Assembly: GCF_009914755.1 (NCBI RefSeq)
Contig: NC_060935.1
Origin: the human T2T-CHM13v2.0 reference genome, Homo sapiens
Length of the DNA: 64,000 nucleotides
Strand: one strand, 5' to 3'
Position numbers and translations under genes: made by a program. The notes below the pieces were generated by a model. The model had not been told where the DNA came from, did not search any database, and saw nothing but the letters and a program-made list of their open reading frames with translations. Shown here piece by piece: positions 1 to 10,800 of this stretch (its first letter is position 1; every line of letters starts with the position of its first letter).

Positions 1-529
1 CGTGGTATTTTTAACATTGAAAAACAGAATTATCATCTCTGGTTACTCCTCCAGAGTGTCAAGAACTTTAGTGAAAAGATGACAGGCTTCATCTTCATCT
101 TGAGATGAAAGAAGACATTGGGGTTGCCCCATCACTTCTTTTGTAATTAAAATTGAAATTCAATTTTAAAAATAGACATTAAAATACCTGCCAAAGGCAC
201 TGTATTTATATATTTTGTTCACACATGGTTTGAGGTATAATAAATTTCTTACCTGTTACCTCCTAGGTAGCACTAGCTTAATTTTCTTAAATCCATTAAG
301 CCTTCAAAACCCAAATCTCAATGTAAGATTTTAGTGCTATGAAGACAAAATGTCAAAGGCCTCTGTTTTCAGAGGATACTTGGCATTGGTTGTGCAGAAA
401 TCTGCATAAACTTGGCATAAGGCAAGAGAACAAACCACTTTATCAGATATTAATCAAAAGGCAGATTATAGCCACCATGAAGACCTGTCTGACTCCTTCA
501 TACAGCGAGTCCTCACCTCTTTTCTCTGT

Positions 530-532
<3 letters not shown>

Positions 533-582
<50 letters not shown>
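533..582. repeat. (CA)25 microsatellite in intron 4
   Basis: Perfect AC run. Confidence 0.98.
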
Positions 583-584
<2 letters not shown>

Positions 585-759
585 ACCTTCTTTAATACTG
601 AGGGTACCTTGTGTGTCACCCACATATTTAATCAAACTGCCTTGTTTGGGGTCTAATGTTTGCCCTACTAAACTACGGAACCCTGGATGGCAACAAACAC
701 TTTCTCTTTTCTCTTTCACTGGTTATTTTAAATATTTTATACATCCACAGGCTTAGCAG

Positions 760-1050
760 AGTAAAGAGACGGCAATATGAGCAAAGGTGAAGCCTCTAAT
801 TTGACGAGAGAGAAGAACAGAGGTGTGGTACAGAGATTATATGGGTAGATTGGATTCATAGAATGAAAGATTTTTAACACCAGGCTAAGGAGCTTATAAT
901 TTATCTTGTGAACAATAGGAAGTAACAAGAGAATTAGATCAGTAAAGTTGCATGAAGAAATGAATATTTTAAGAAGATTAATCTGACAGAGGTATGCAGG
1001 GTGTGGGAGCAAGAAGAGGCTGGAAGCACAAAACCAGTTAGAAGGTAGTT
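760..1050. mobile_element. Degenerate L2 fragment
   Basis: L2-like wording (ttataatttatcttgtgaacaataggaag...agatcag). Confidence 0.45.
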
Positions 1051-1099
1051 TATTTTAGTTTATTGTGATTATAAAAATATCTGGATGTTTCTGATGTCA

Positions 1100-2900
1100 T
1101 GTTTTTTGGTTTCTATTTGTCCTACTTTTGCTATGCTTGTTTTTCTCTTTTCTTCTTTTGCTTTGATGAATTGAGGGTTGCTTTTTCAAACTCCATTTTT
1201 CTTAACTTTGACTATTTTATTTAAATGGGTCCCCTTGAAATTTTGCCATGCATTTTAAATGTAGAGTAAATATTTAAGCAATGCCATAATCCTCAGAAAT
1301 TCAAGGATGATAAAACATTTAAGTCTGAGTACTCTCTTCCTGATTTACATTCTATTTTTATACAGTTTGGGGGTAATTCTTTTTTCTAAATTTCAAAATG
1401 GCATATAATTATAATTATAATTATTGATATATTTTGTATTTTAAATTGTACAATAATATAAAACATTTAATAATATATAAATTATAAAATAATGATTATC
1501 ATTTCATACCAAAAATAGTTTAACTAGACTCATTAAATGTTTACTATTTTATTTTCTTATCAATTTTTCTGTTTAAAACTGTCATATTTTAATGTTTTCC
1601 CTTTTTCCCACAGTATCTCCTCTAGATTTTTCTTTAGGGAAGATCTGTAAGTGCTAAATTCTCTTTGGTTCTTGACATTCAACTCCTGAAAGATAGTTTT
1701 GTCAAAAACACAATTATGACTGGGTCTGGAATACTTTTTCCTCAATGCTTTGAATGTGTTATCCCACTGTTTCTGGTTTCCATTGTTGTTGCTAAGTGTC
1801 CCTCTTTAAGTATCTCTTTCTCCTTCCTCTGGCTCTTTTTCAGGTCCTCCATTTGTATTTGCTGTTCTACAGTTTCACTAATGTATCCAGGTATAAACGT
1901 ATTCTTTTTCTTTCTGCTTTAAGGTTACACTTTCTAAATCTATATATACTTATATTTTATCATATCTGAAAAATTAGAATCCATAATTTTTTGAAACACT
2001 ACCTCACCTCCATTCTATTTATACTCTCCTCTGAGACTTCAACTGGACATGAATTAGACCTTCTTATTTTGTCCACCATATGTCTCCATTTCTATTTCAC
2101 TTTTTTCATCTTCTTGTCTCTCTGTTATTCTTTAGGTTATTTCTTTGGATAGAGTTTCCATCATACTCATTGTCTCTTCAAATACATTTGCTCTTTATCA
2201 TAATCATTATATTGTGTGGTCAGTCATTCCTGATGCTTACTCATCTTTGAAATTACATTCTTTATTTATTTCAGTTGTTTATGCATATCTATTCTCTTAT
2301 TCAGTATCTTTTAATACCAAAATATTTTGTTCTTGAGAGGCTAAATCTTGTTTGTTGCTTTGCTGATCCTCACTCACAGTAAATTGCTATTTTGTATTTT
2401 TTATGATATTTTGTTAAAGTTATTGTTAGATCTTTATCTGTGTGTAAATATCTTATAGTCTTCAGTTGGATTATTCCTCCAGAGAGGATTTGCACTTTTT
2501 CCTTGCAAAATCTGAAGTGCATCACTGGAGTAAAACCATGCCAGCTCCCCCCAAGGATTCTAGCTTAATGTTATAGTCCCAAGCTCAGTTTCCCTACATT
2601 TTCACTGACCCAAATTTCAATACCTTAATAGTAGTAGTACTGTTATCACCACCTGCCTTCAAGTCAGCCTCATGCATCCTGCCTACTCACAACACTCCTT
2701 CCAAATATCAGCCCTGATAATTAATATATTTTAAATTGTTTTATATTATTTTGTTACTTTGTTTTTGGGGGAGAACACTTACTTAGGGAGCTATGATACC
2801 TTTTTCAAGGCAAGCAATGCATTAGAAATTGTTATATCCAGCATCTAGCTGATCTTCTCTGGACAGGTACCTCAGAGCAACTAATCTATTATATGAGGTC
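1100..2900 (-). mobile_element. Old L1M-type fragments
   Basis: Long T-rich degenerate stretch resembling antisense ancient L1 ORF regions; boundaries approximate. Confidence 0.4.
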
Positions 2901-3915
2901 AGAGGTAAGAGGAGCAAGAGCCTATTCTTTTAGCATAGGTGGGAAGAGTTGAGTGTCTGGAATAGAATCATGGTAATGAGAATGTAATTTTTTAAAATGA
3001 AGACAAAACTAAGTGCAAAGAAATAATGGGATTTGCAAGTATGAAAAAGATCAGGCTATTTTAAAATTGTATATAATTGGAATAGATGTTACAAAGACTA
3101 GGTGATATGCACATAACACCAAAATACATGAATCATCTGCTATATGAAAATATATTAATTTTTTATTTTTATCTATAGTGAAGGAAAGATAATTCAACTG
3201 TCTGGGAACCACTACCATATGCTTAACTGGTTAATTATAGGTTGTACATGGTACAATGACTCAGAAGAATAAAGATTATAGTTGCAGGGAATGGGCAAAC
3301 AATAGGTGCTCAATGAATGTTTAACTAAACTATATATAATTGTATTAATTACATAAACATGCTGTCAATACAACTCAGGCTCCTTAATTAAAAACAGAGC
3401 ATGTGTAAAGCCAAGTGGTAAATGTAATCCAGGCTTACCCAGAAATACAAGACAAAAACAAGCTGTGAAATCCTCAAGTTTATAAAATAGCAGCCATCAC
3501 TGCTCACTTGTATGTACATTTTGTTATTTCTCAACCAGTAGACAGTGAAGCATAAAGTGTAAAGTATAAGTGCCATCTGTGGTTTATGAGGGCCATGAAT
3601 GAATAAACTATTTTTCTCAGAAGTAGCATAGGGCCACCTATTCTCTAATCAAGAAGACTTTTTCATTAGATTTTTTTCTTATTAGGCATGATTTTCTTGA
3701 ATGAGTGCAGAGATTAAATTCTCCTAAAGGTTGGTAATGAAAAGAATGTTAAACAACAGCACCTTCCTCAGGAAACTGTGACAGATAAGCCGACATACTT
3801 CTGCTTAATTTTGGAATAACGAATTCTGCTATAATTAGATGCCTATTGCTGGAGATTTGCCCTTATCCCATATTAGGAGGTAGTGTTAAATACTTCTTCA
3901 CAGCTAGATACATAC

Positions 3916-3983
3916 CAGGGTACAGTAGAATGTGCAAACAATTCCTGTTGCAAACACAGAGCCCCAGAGATCAAACCCAGTCA
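3916..3983 (-). CDS. SLC5A12: SLC5A12 coding exon 4 ([23 protein letters not shown])
   Basis: Acceptor tttcttctttcctag|TG and donor CTG|gtatgt. 68 nt, restores phase 0. Not in the ORF track; found by reading the minus strand. Confidence 0.95.
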
Positions 3984-4328
3984 CTAGGAAAGAAGAAAAA
4001 AATATTAAAAGAAGTTTCCTTCAAAAAATTAAAAGAGCAAGTTTTATGAGGAAAAAGACACAATATTTTTATCAGTGTTCTTTGTAGGCAAAAATAAAAT
4101 CAAATTAGAGTTTTCCCTCATTAAATTTTCTCACCTTCGAGAAAGATTATTTTTATTATATTTTTATACTTCTATCTAGTCCATACATTTCATGTAATGT
4201 TAAGTCAAATTGTTCCTCCTAAGATTTTGTAGCTTCCAATCTTTGATCCAAATGTTTTGTTTTTGAGTTTCTGTTTTTCTCAACAAAGTTAGTCTGAGTA
4301 CTCTGAAATCACCTAAACATGAGCCATG

Positions 4329-4489
4329 AGCAGGGATATAAAAGGAAATAATGGCCTTAGAGGTTCCACTAGGAAGACTCTTGGGCAGAAAGTCAGTAGA
4401 CTTGAATTTTTATTCAAACAACCCACTTCTCTTCTCTGACCATCATGAGAAACATGAACAAAAATTGAGTTTTAATAGATCTTTGACTT
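4329..4489. repeat. Inverted duplication, arm A outer half (intron 3)
   Basis: Reverse complement of ~7475-7635, about 90% identical by manual alignment. Confidence 0.95.
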
Positions 4490-5202
4490 TTTTTCTAGGA
4501 AAACAATCCTTTTATTGAATGTACCTAGCATATACAGGTATACACCTGCCATGGTGGTTTGCTACACCCATCAACCCGTCATCCACATTAGGTATTTCTC
4601 CTAAGGCTATCCCTCCCCTAGCCCCCTACCCACCCACAGGCCTCCAGTGTGTGCTGTTCCCCTCCCTGTGTCCATGTGTTCTCTTTGTTCAACTGTCACT
4701 TATGAGTGAGAACATGTGGTGTTTGGTTTTCTTTCCTTGTGATAGTTTGCTGAGAATGATGGTTTCCAGCTTCATCCATGTCCCTACAAAGGACATGAAC
4801 TCATCATTTTTATGGCTGCATAGTATCCATGGTGTATATGTGCCACATTTTCTTTATCCAGTCTATCATTGATGGGCATTTGGGTTGGTTCCAAGTCTTT
4901 GCTATTGTGAATACTGCTGCAATAAACATATGTGTGCATGTGTCTTTATAACAGAATGATTATAATCCTTTGGGTGCATACCCAGTAATGGGATGCTGGG
5001 TTCTAGATCCTTGAGGAATCGCCACACTGTCTTCCATAATGGTTGAACTAATTTACACTCTCACCAACAGTGTAAAAGCATTCCTATTTCTCCACATCCT
5101 CTCCAGCATCTGTTGTTTCCTACCTTTTTAATGACCGCCATTCTAATTGGCATGAGATGGTATCTCATTGTGGTTTTGATTTGCATTTCTCTAATTACCA
5201 GT
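4490..5202 (-). mobile_element. 5'-truncated L1PA (L1PA6/7-like) with non-L1 3' tail and TSD
   Basis: L1 3'UTR/ORF2-end sequence at ~4531-5202, short A-tail, TSD GATCTTTGACTT at 4478-4489 and 5203-5214. Confidence 0.93.
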
Positions 5203-5359
5203 GATCTTTGACTTCTAACAATCCATGCTTTTTTATTCCTGTTGCTTCTAAGATTATATATCATAAAATCAGATTACAAGTCCAAAGCACAAAACTCAGA
5301 GGAATATCAAGATAAAAAGGACTTTCTTGGCAGCTCTTATCTAAACCTCACTGACTCTG
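5203..5359. repeat. Inverted duplication, arm A inner half (intron 3)
   Basis: Reverse complement of 7333-7486 with ~8 substitutions and 2 small indels. Confidence 0.95.
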
Positions 5360-5910
5360 AGGTTAATATTTCTCAGTATAAGCACATAGCTGAATTAAAT
5401 GCAATATTGAGGACTTTCAATACGGCAGGTGTCATTGTGAAGTTTACTTTGACTTTTTTTCTTTCCTTTTTGTTTTTAGGATTCTATTATTTTGAAATAA
5501 TAGACTATAAATTTTAGTGTAACTATTACAAGCAACTTTTATACTGAGATTATCTACTTCATGAGATTACTGAAGTCCCTGTATTATAGATGACCATACT
5601 TAGCAACATATACAATACCGAAACTGCCATAATTCCAATGATTTAAAAATAAAAACCAAATCCCAAACAAACAAAAGCAATCAAAATTGGTATCTAGAAG
5701 TATATGAGTCAAAACCAAGTAACTAATTGTTTGCATTATTTTCAATGTTTAATCAATATTTAGAGCTTTATGTAATGACTTCTAATAGTAATTCAGAATC
5801 CTCTAACCAGAAGAATATCTCCCCAACAAAGTATTTTATTTCTAATTCTGCAAGGTGAGAATTCAGGCATAAAAATGGTAAAATATGCCAAGAGAATGCT
5901 GATAACTCAC

Positions 5911-5962
5911 CTTGATTGAGTGCCAGGGCAGGAGCATACACCACCACTCCTGTGTAGAGAAT
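5911..5962 (-). CDS. SLC5A12: SLC5A12 coding exon 3 (ILYTGVVVYAPALALNQ)
   Basis: Acceptor ttctctaccag|ATT and donor AAG|gtgagt. 52 nt, ends phase 1. Typical SLC5A5/8/12 YAPALAL motif. Confidence 0.96.
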
Positions 5963-6901
5963 CTGGTAGAGAAACAAGAATCAGATTGGCAGTGAGAAAG
6001 GGACATAGAAAGGAAAACTGCCTAGAAAGTTCTTTATCGACGTTAGACTTGTATTCTCTTCAACTTGTTCATGAAACATTGCATTCCTGTTGACTCTAAT
6101 TTTGAAGTTGCTCACCACTATCAGTAGTCTGTAGAGGGGATGTAATCATTAGATGGAGGAAGAGAGTTGGATTTTCAAAATTGCTACTAATTTTGAGATA
6201 TTATGGTTATATTTTGTATATCTCTAAGGGATACAAAAATAGACTTAATTAAGTTTTGATTCATCTTCCTTCTATCCATTTTCCTGATGCACGTATCACA
6301 GTGAACTCTCTACCGACTTCATGAGGAGCTTTACTAAGCAACAGAAGCATATTTTAGCAGTTTGCTGAAATATGGAATTTAGAGGTGAGATAGAAAGAAT
6401 CTGTGAGGAGAAAGTACTGTGCTGGGAAGACTAACAACATGGTTGATCTCCATAATGAATATGTCTTCTAATTCCCAGAAGTGCAACCACTACCCTGCTG
6501 GAAATAGGTCCAGTTTCTCCAGTCTCTATTCGGAATTTCACCTTGTAGAGATTCATGTTAGGGTTTTAAAAGGCAAATATCTATGGGCAGGTAAAGGAGC
6601 ATTGTTTTCCTCCATTTGCTTGCCTAAATTCTTCAGTCAGTGTGTGGGAGTTTTGATTAAGAAGAGGGAAGAAGCTTATCTTCTAGGAGAAAGTACTTGG
6701 TGAGTAGTAGGAAGTCTATCAATGCCGTGCCATGGGCAAATTTGGAGCAGCATGAAGCCATCCCAAAGCTGGGGGGGTGGGAAAGGAGTTCATAAGAAAG
6801 AGAGGGAAGTAGGAGTATTAGCTGGGAATATTGTCTTAAAATGACTTTCTGCAAAATAGGTATTTCTGCTTCAACTCAGTTAATGGTTAAAGCAAACAAG
6901 T

Positions 6902-6940
6902 AAAAAAACAAAAACAAAAACAAAAACAAAAAAAGCAAAA
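6902..6940. repeat. (AAAAAC)n simple repeat
   Basis: Seen directly. Confidence 0.85.
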
Positions 6941-7244
6941 CCTAGTTATCAGACCATTTCATATCTAATCTAGAGCAACTTATGCAGGTTAAACAGCAGT
7001 GAAATACGTGTTAAGAAAATGTGGGTGGCTTATACACACACACAAACGGCTTTTTTTCCCTTTGTGGCTTGCAATATACATTTGTTTGTTATTTTTAGTA
7101 CATATTAAAAGTGCTATCTTTGGAAGAAAGTAGCGTCTTCTTAGTATTAAGTGTCCTTTAGCTGAGTTTATTGCCCCCAAAATAAACAAACCTATATCTA
7201 GTAACCTCACAGTTTCCACATCTGCAGCAGCCATGACCACTTAC

Positions 7245-7310
7245 CGTCTGTACAATGTAGATGACTGTGGCAGCATAGCGAACTGGTTTGTTGAATCGTA
7301 GTTGTAAGTA
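7245..7310 (-). CDS. SLC5A12: SLC5A12 coding exon 2 (YLQLRFNKPVRYAATVIYIVQT)
   Basis: Acceptor tttctgtttcctttag|TAC and donor ACG|gtaagt. 66 nt, in frame with exon 1, completes the SSF motif TYEYLxLRF. Confidence 0.96.
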
Positions 7311-7332
7311 CTAAAGGAAACAGAAAGACATG

Positions 7333-7635
7333 CAGAGTCAGTGAGGTTTAGATAAGAACTGCTAAGAAAGTCCTTTTTATCTTGGTATATCCTCTGTTGT
7401 GCTCTGGACTTGTAATCTGATTTTATGATATGTATCCTTAGAAGCAACAGGAATAAAAAAGCATGGATTGTTAAAAGTCAAAGATCTATTAAAAATCAAT
7501 TTCTGTTCGTGTTTCTCATGATGATCAGAGAAGAGAAGTGGGTTGTTTCAATAAAAATTCAACTCTATTGACTTTCTGCCCAAAAGTCTTCCTAGTGGAC
7601 TCACTGAAGCCATTGTTTCCTTTTATATCTTTGCT
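7333..7635. repeat. Inverted duplication, arm B (intron 1, abutting the exon 2 acceptor)
   Basis: Uninterrupted ~303-bp counterpart of 4329-4489 plus 5203-5359. Confidence 0.95.
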
Positions 7636-7639
7636 GCTC

Positions 7640-7900
7640 CAAATTTAGTTCGATCCTTTATTTTCTCTTTTCTGGATTGCTGTTGTGGCACCCCAATTGA
7701 TCTCCCTAATACCATCTGTGCCCACTCATCCTATCAACCACATATCTCCCATATCAATTCTTTGAAAGCAGAGCTCTGATCATGCTGCTCTTTTTCTCAA
7801 ATTCTTCAACAATTCTCTATCATTGACAAACAAAGTGCAGATCCCAAGCTTGATATTCCAAACCTTCCATTGTCGGATCCACGCCCTCCCTTTCTTATGT
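7640..7900. mobile_element. L2 fragment
   Basis: gctctgatcatgctgctc...aaattcttcaacaattctc is typical of L2. Confidence 0.5.
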
Positions 7901-8296
7901 CACTAACCTTCACATAATTTATTCTCCACATACAATTATTGTTTATCATTCAGCTAACACATTTTGTGCTTTTTCAGACCTTTCCTTCATTTAGGCAGAA
8001 CTCTCAATATAAGAGCCCCTCTCCCCAAATTTCACAAAGTCTTAGTCATCTGTCAATAGATGGAAGGAAAAGTAAATACATTCTTTCAGATATAGAATTA
8101 TGCAGTTGAAATAGTCTTTCTTCTTTCACAGATGAGAAATTCAAGGCTTAGATCATTGATGAAAGCATCAGCCCAATTGCTATTCCTGGCTCTGCTCATA
8201 TTTCATCCTCTGAGCTCATATGGCACTAATATTAAGACTTTTTCATGGTTATCAGTTGCTATCTTATATTTTGGTGTTGAATTTGATTATCTCTCT

Positions 8297-8801
8297 GTAT
8301 TAGTTTGTTATTAATACTGTATAAATTAATTGCCACCAATTTGTTGTCTTTAAACAACAGAAATTTATTACCTCTCAGTACTGAAAACCAAAAGTTAAAA
8401 ATCAATTTCACTGGGTCAAAATCAAAGTGTGAGCAGGAGGCTCCTACACGAGGCTTTAAGGAAAAGTCAGCTTCCTGCCTTCCTGCTGTTAGTGGCTGCT
8501 GGCAGTCCTTAGCTTCTGGTTCCATCACTCCAATTTCTGCCTTTACAGTTACATTGCCTTTTCTTTTGCCTGTCAAATTTCCCACTACCTCCCTCATATA
8601 AGGATATATGTGATTGATTGCATTTATATAGAGCCTCTCTGGATAATCCAAGACAATTTTCTCACCTCAAAATCCTTTAATCACATTTGCAGTAATCCCT
8701 TTCAAAACGAACAAAAAAAAAACATGTAAAGTAACATTTACAGCTCTCAGGGATTACACCTGGATATATACTGGGGAAGGTATGCTGTTTTCAGCCTACC
8801 A
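8297..8801 (-). mobile_element. MLT1 (ERVL-MaLR) solo LTR
   Basis: tgtattagttt...ttaaacaacagaaatttatt...cagcctacca termini. Confidence 0.8.
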
Positions 8802-8864
8802 TATTTACTATTCCTAATATACAAGTACTGTTCTATTTTATTCATTTTTATCTTTATCATTTAC

Positions 8865-9110
8865 ACATTCATTCATTCAACAAATGTTTGTTACCTGCTT
8901 TACATATTGCATTCTGACACAAAATGATAAGCAAATATGATATAGTCCATACCATAGAGGATCTTACAGATTAGACGAAGTGACCATTAACAAATATTTA
9001 TACTAATGGAAGTAAAGTTGCAATTGTGATATGTACTACAAGAGCTAAAAGTAGCTGTGAACTTCCTAAATAGTAGAATCTCATTTACTGTTTTGGAGAT
9101 TAGGAAAAGT
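8865..9110. mobile_element. L2 3' end
   Basis: cattcattcattcaacaaatgtttg tail. Confidence 0.6.
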
Positions 9111-9769
9111 TTTTCTCAGTAAGTATTCTAGAAGACATTAATATATGTCTTTCAGTATATAATAAACATGTATTGAATAAACACCATAAAATTTTAAAGT
9201 ATCAATTGGCTTGAGGATTAAATTTCTTGCTAGTAGTTTCTACTTGATAGTAGTTCTTTCTTTTCTGAATTAAAAAAATCATTTTGATTAAATCAAGGAT
9301 TGACAATCAATTTATCCTTTCCCTAGAAACATTAGATAAATGTTTCATGGCTTACAATTGGCCCTTCTTTGAAGCAAAGGACATCTCTTGGCAGAACTGT
9401 GACTCCATTTTATACTAACTCACATTCTCAATTTATCCTGCCAGATTCTCCCAAACCTGAGGTAGAAAACCACCTTATTTTCAGGCCCTCTCTTCAGATG
9501 ATATATTCTGTGAGCCAGAATGTATAGTCCGGTGAATATGTGAATGAGGGCATCAGACATAAGGAAAATATTACAGAGGAAGGGAAGTCAGTGAGGAGTC
9601 AGCAGTCACAAATATCATAAGGTAGAAAACACTGTGAAATGTCTGTGGTGAAGACACCTTGGGTTCACATCTTGTGCCCTTGGGAAGACTATTTTCTGCC
9701 ACTAAGCCATGATTTTCTCTTCTGAAAGTGGATGTTGTATGGATCAGATGGTGGGAAGTATGATAATGC

Positions 9770-10263
9770 CAGGTACAGAGCTAGGGCTATAGTAGGATTT
9801 AATGACTGCTGTGGTCTCTGAGGGTGCAACACCCATAGTTTATTGGCATTCCCTGTTCCAGTACATGTTGATGGCATCTAAATGTGCCTGAGATTATCTG
9901 CTTGAGAGTGTTCTGAGCCTTTGCACAGGGCCATAGGGCAGATCAGAAAGGCTTGAGGGTGTTATCATTGGCACTCAGCCAATTACTAAATGGGGTTGGA
10001 ACAAAATACCCTGGCTTTTTGCCTTTCAGTGAGGACAACCCTGAGACGCACTTTATATTGTCTCTTAGAGATCCCCAGTTGGATTGAACCCCAGTTGTTC
10101 ACAGTGGTAACCTGCTCAAAATTACATTTTTAATTGGCATCTTTTTCTTCTGTTTCACGTTGCCACTTGTCTATCACTGCTTACTAGAATCACTTCCCCC
10201 AAATCAACTTGCATTCAAATCCTTGTTTCAGGATCTGCTTCTAGTAGAATGCAACTTAAGACA
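9770..10263 (+). mobile_element. LTR16-like ERVL LTR
   Basis: 3' end caaatccttgtttcaggatctgcttct...aacttaagaca. Confidence 0.6.
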
Positions 10264-10429
10264 GAGACATTTCTAGTAAATATATTGCAAGTACAAATTT
10301 TGAAAATGCTTCTGTAATGAGGTGTGTTCTCTTTCTGAGAGGAACTCTTTTCTATCACATGAAGAACTCAGGTTAGCCTACAGGAGGATGAGACTAAAGG
10401 TAACAAGGACAAGCTGTCTCATTTGCATT

Positions 10430-10800
10430 CCCCTAGGCCAGCAAGCTGCTAGCCAACTAGCTACCTTATGGAAGTCACATAGATGGTCCCAAGTGAGACC
10501 AGCACAATTTTATGGGGCCCATCTGAGCCAGGCAAAATTGTTAATCTGCAGAATTGTGAAAAACTAAAATTGTTATTTTGAGACATTTATTTTGGAGTAG
10601 TATGCTACATAGCAATAGATAATCATGAATACAAAGATTGGCACTAGAAGTGGGGAGGTGTAACAAAAACCAAAAATATGTAGCATTAGCTTTGGTACTG
10701 GGTGGCACAAGGAAGTCTGGAAAACATAAGGGGCAACGAATCCTGAAAACCAGTAAAGCCACGAGGCTATTGCTATAGGGATCTTGAAAAAAATCAATGG
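10430..10800 (+). mobile_element. MLT1 LTR 3' part plus start of MLT internal region
   Basis: atagcaatagataatcatgaataca followed by attggcactagaagtgggg. Confidence 0.6.

Noticed and set aside
339-719. HT/VC-repeat ORFs, and similar ORFs at 20546-20855
   Set aside because: Stop-free frames produced by (CA)n and (CCTT)n microsatellites.
5242-7447. Two similar ORFs ([17 protein letters not shown]... on + and [17 protein letters not shown]... on -) suggesting a duplicated small gene
   Set aside because: Both start at TTG, are by-products of the inverted duplication, and diverge completely outside the arms.
4329-7635. Explaining the inverted arms as two independent MIR/L2 copies
   Set aside because: About 90% identity over 300 bp is far higher than expected between independent ancient SINE/LINE copies, so local duplication or conversion is needed.
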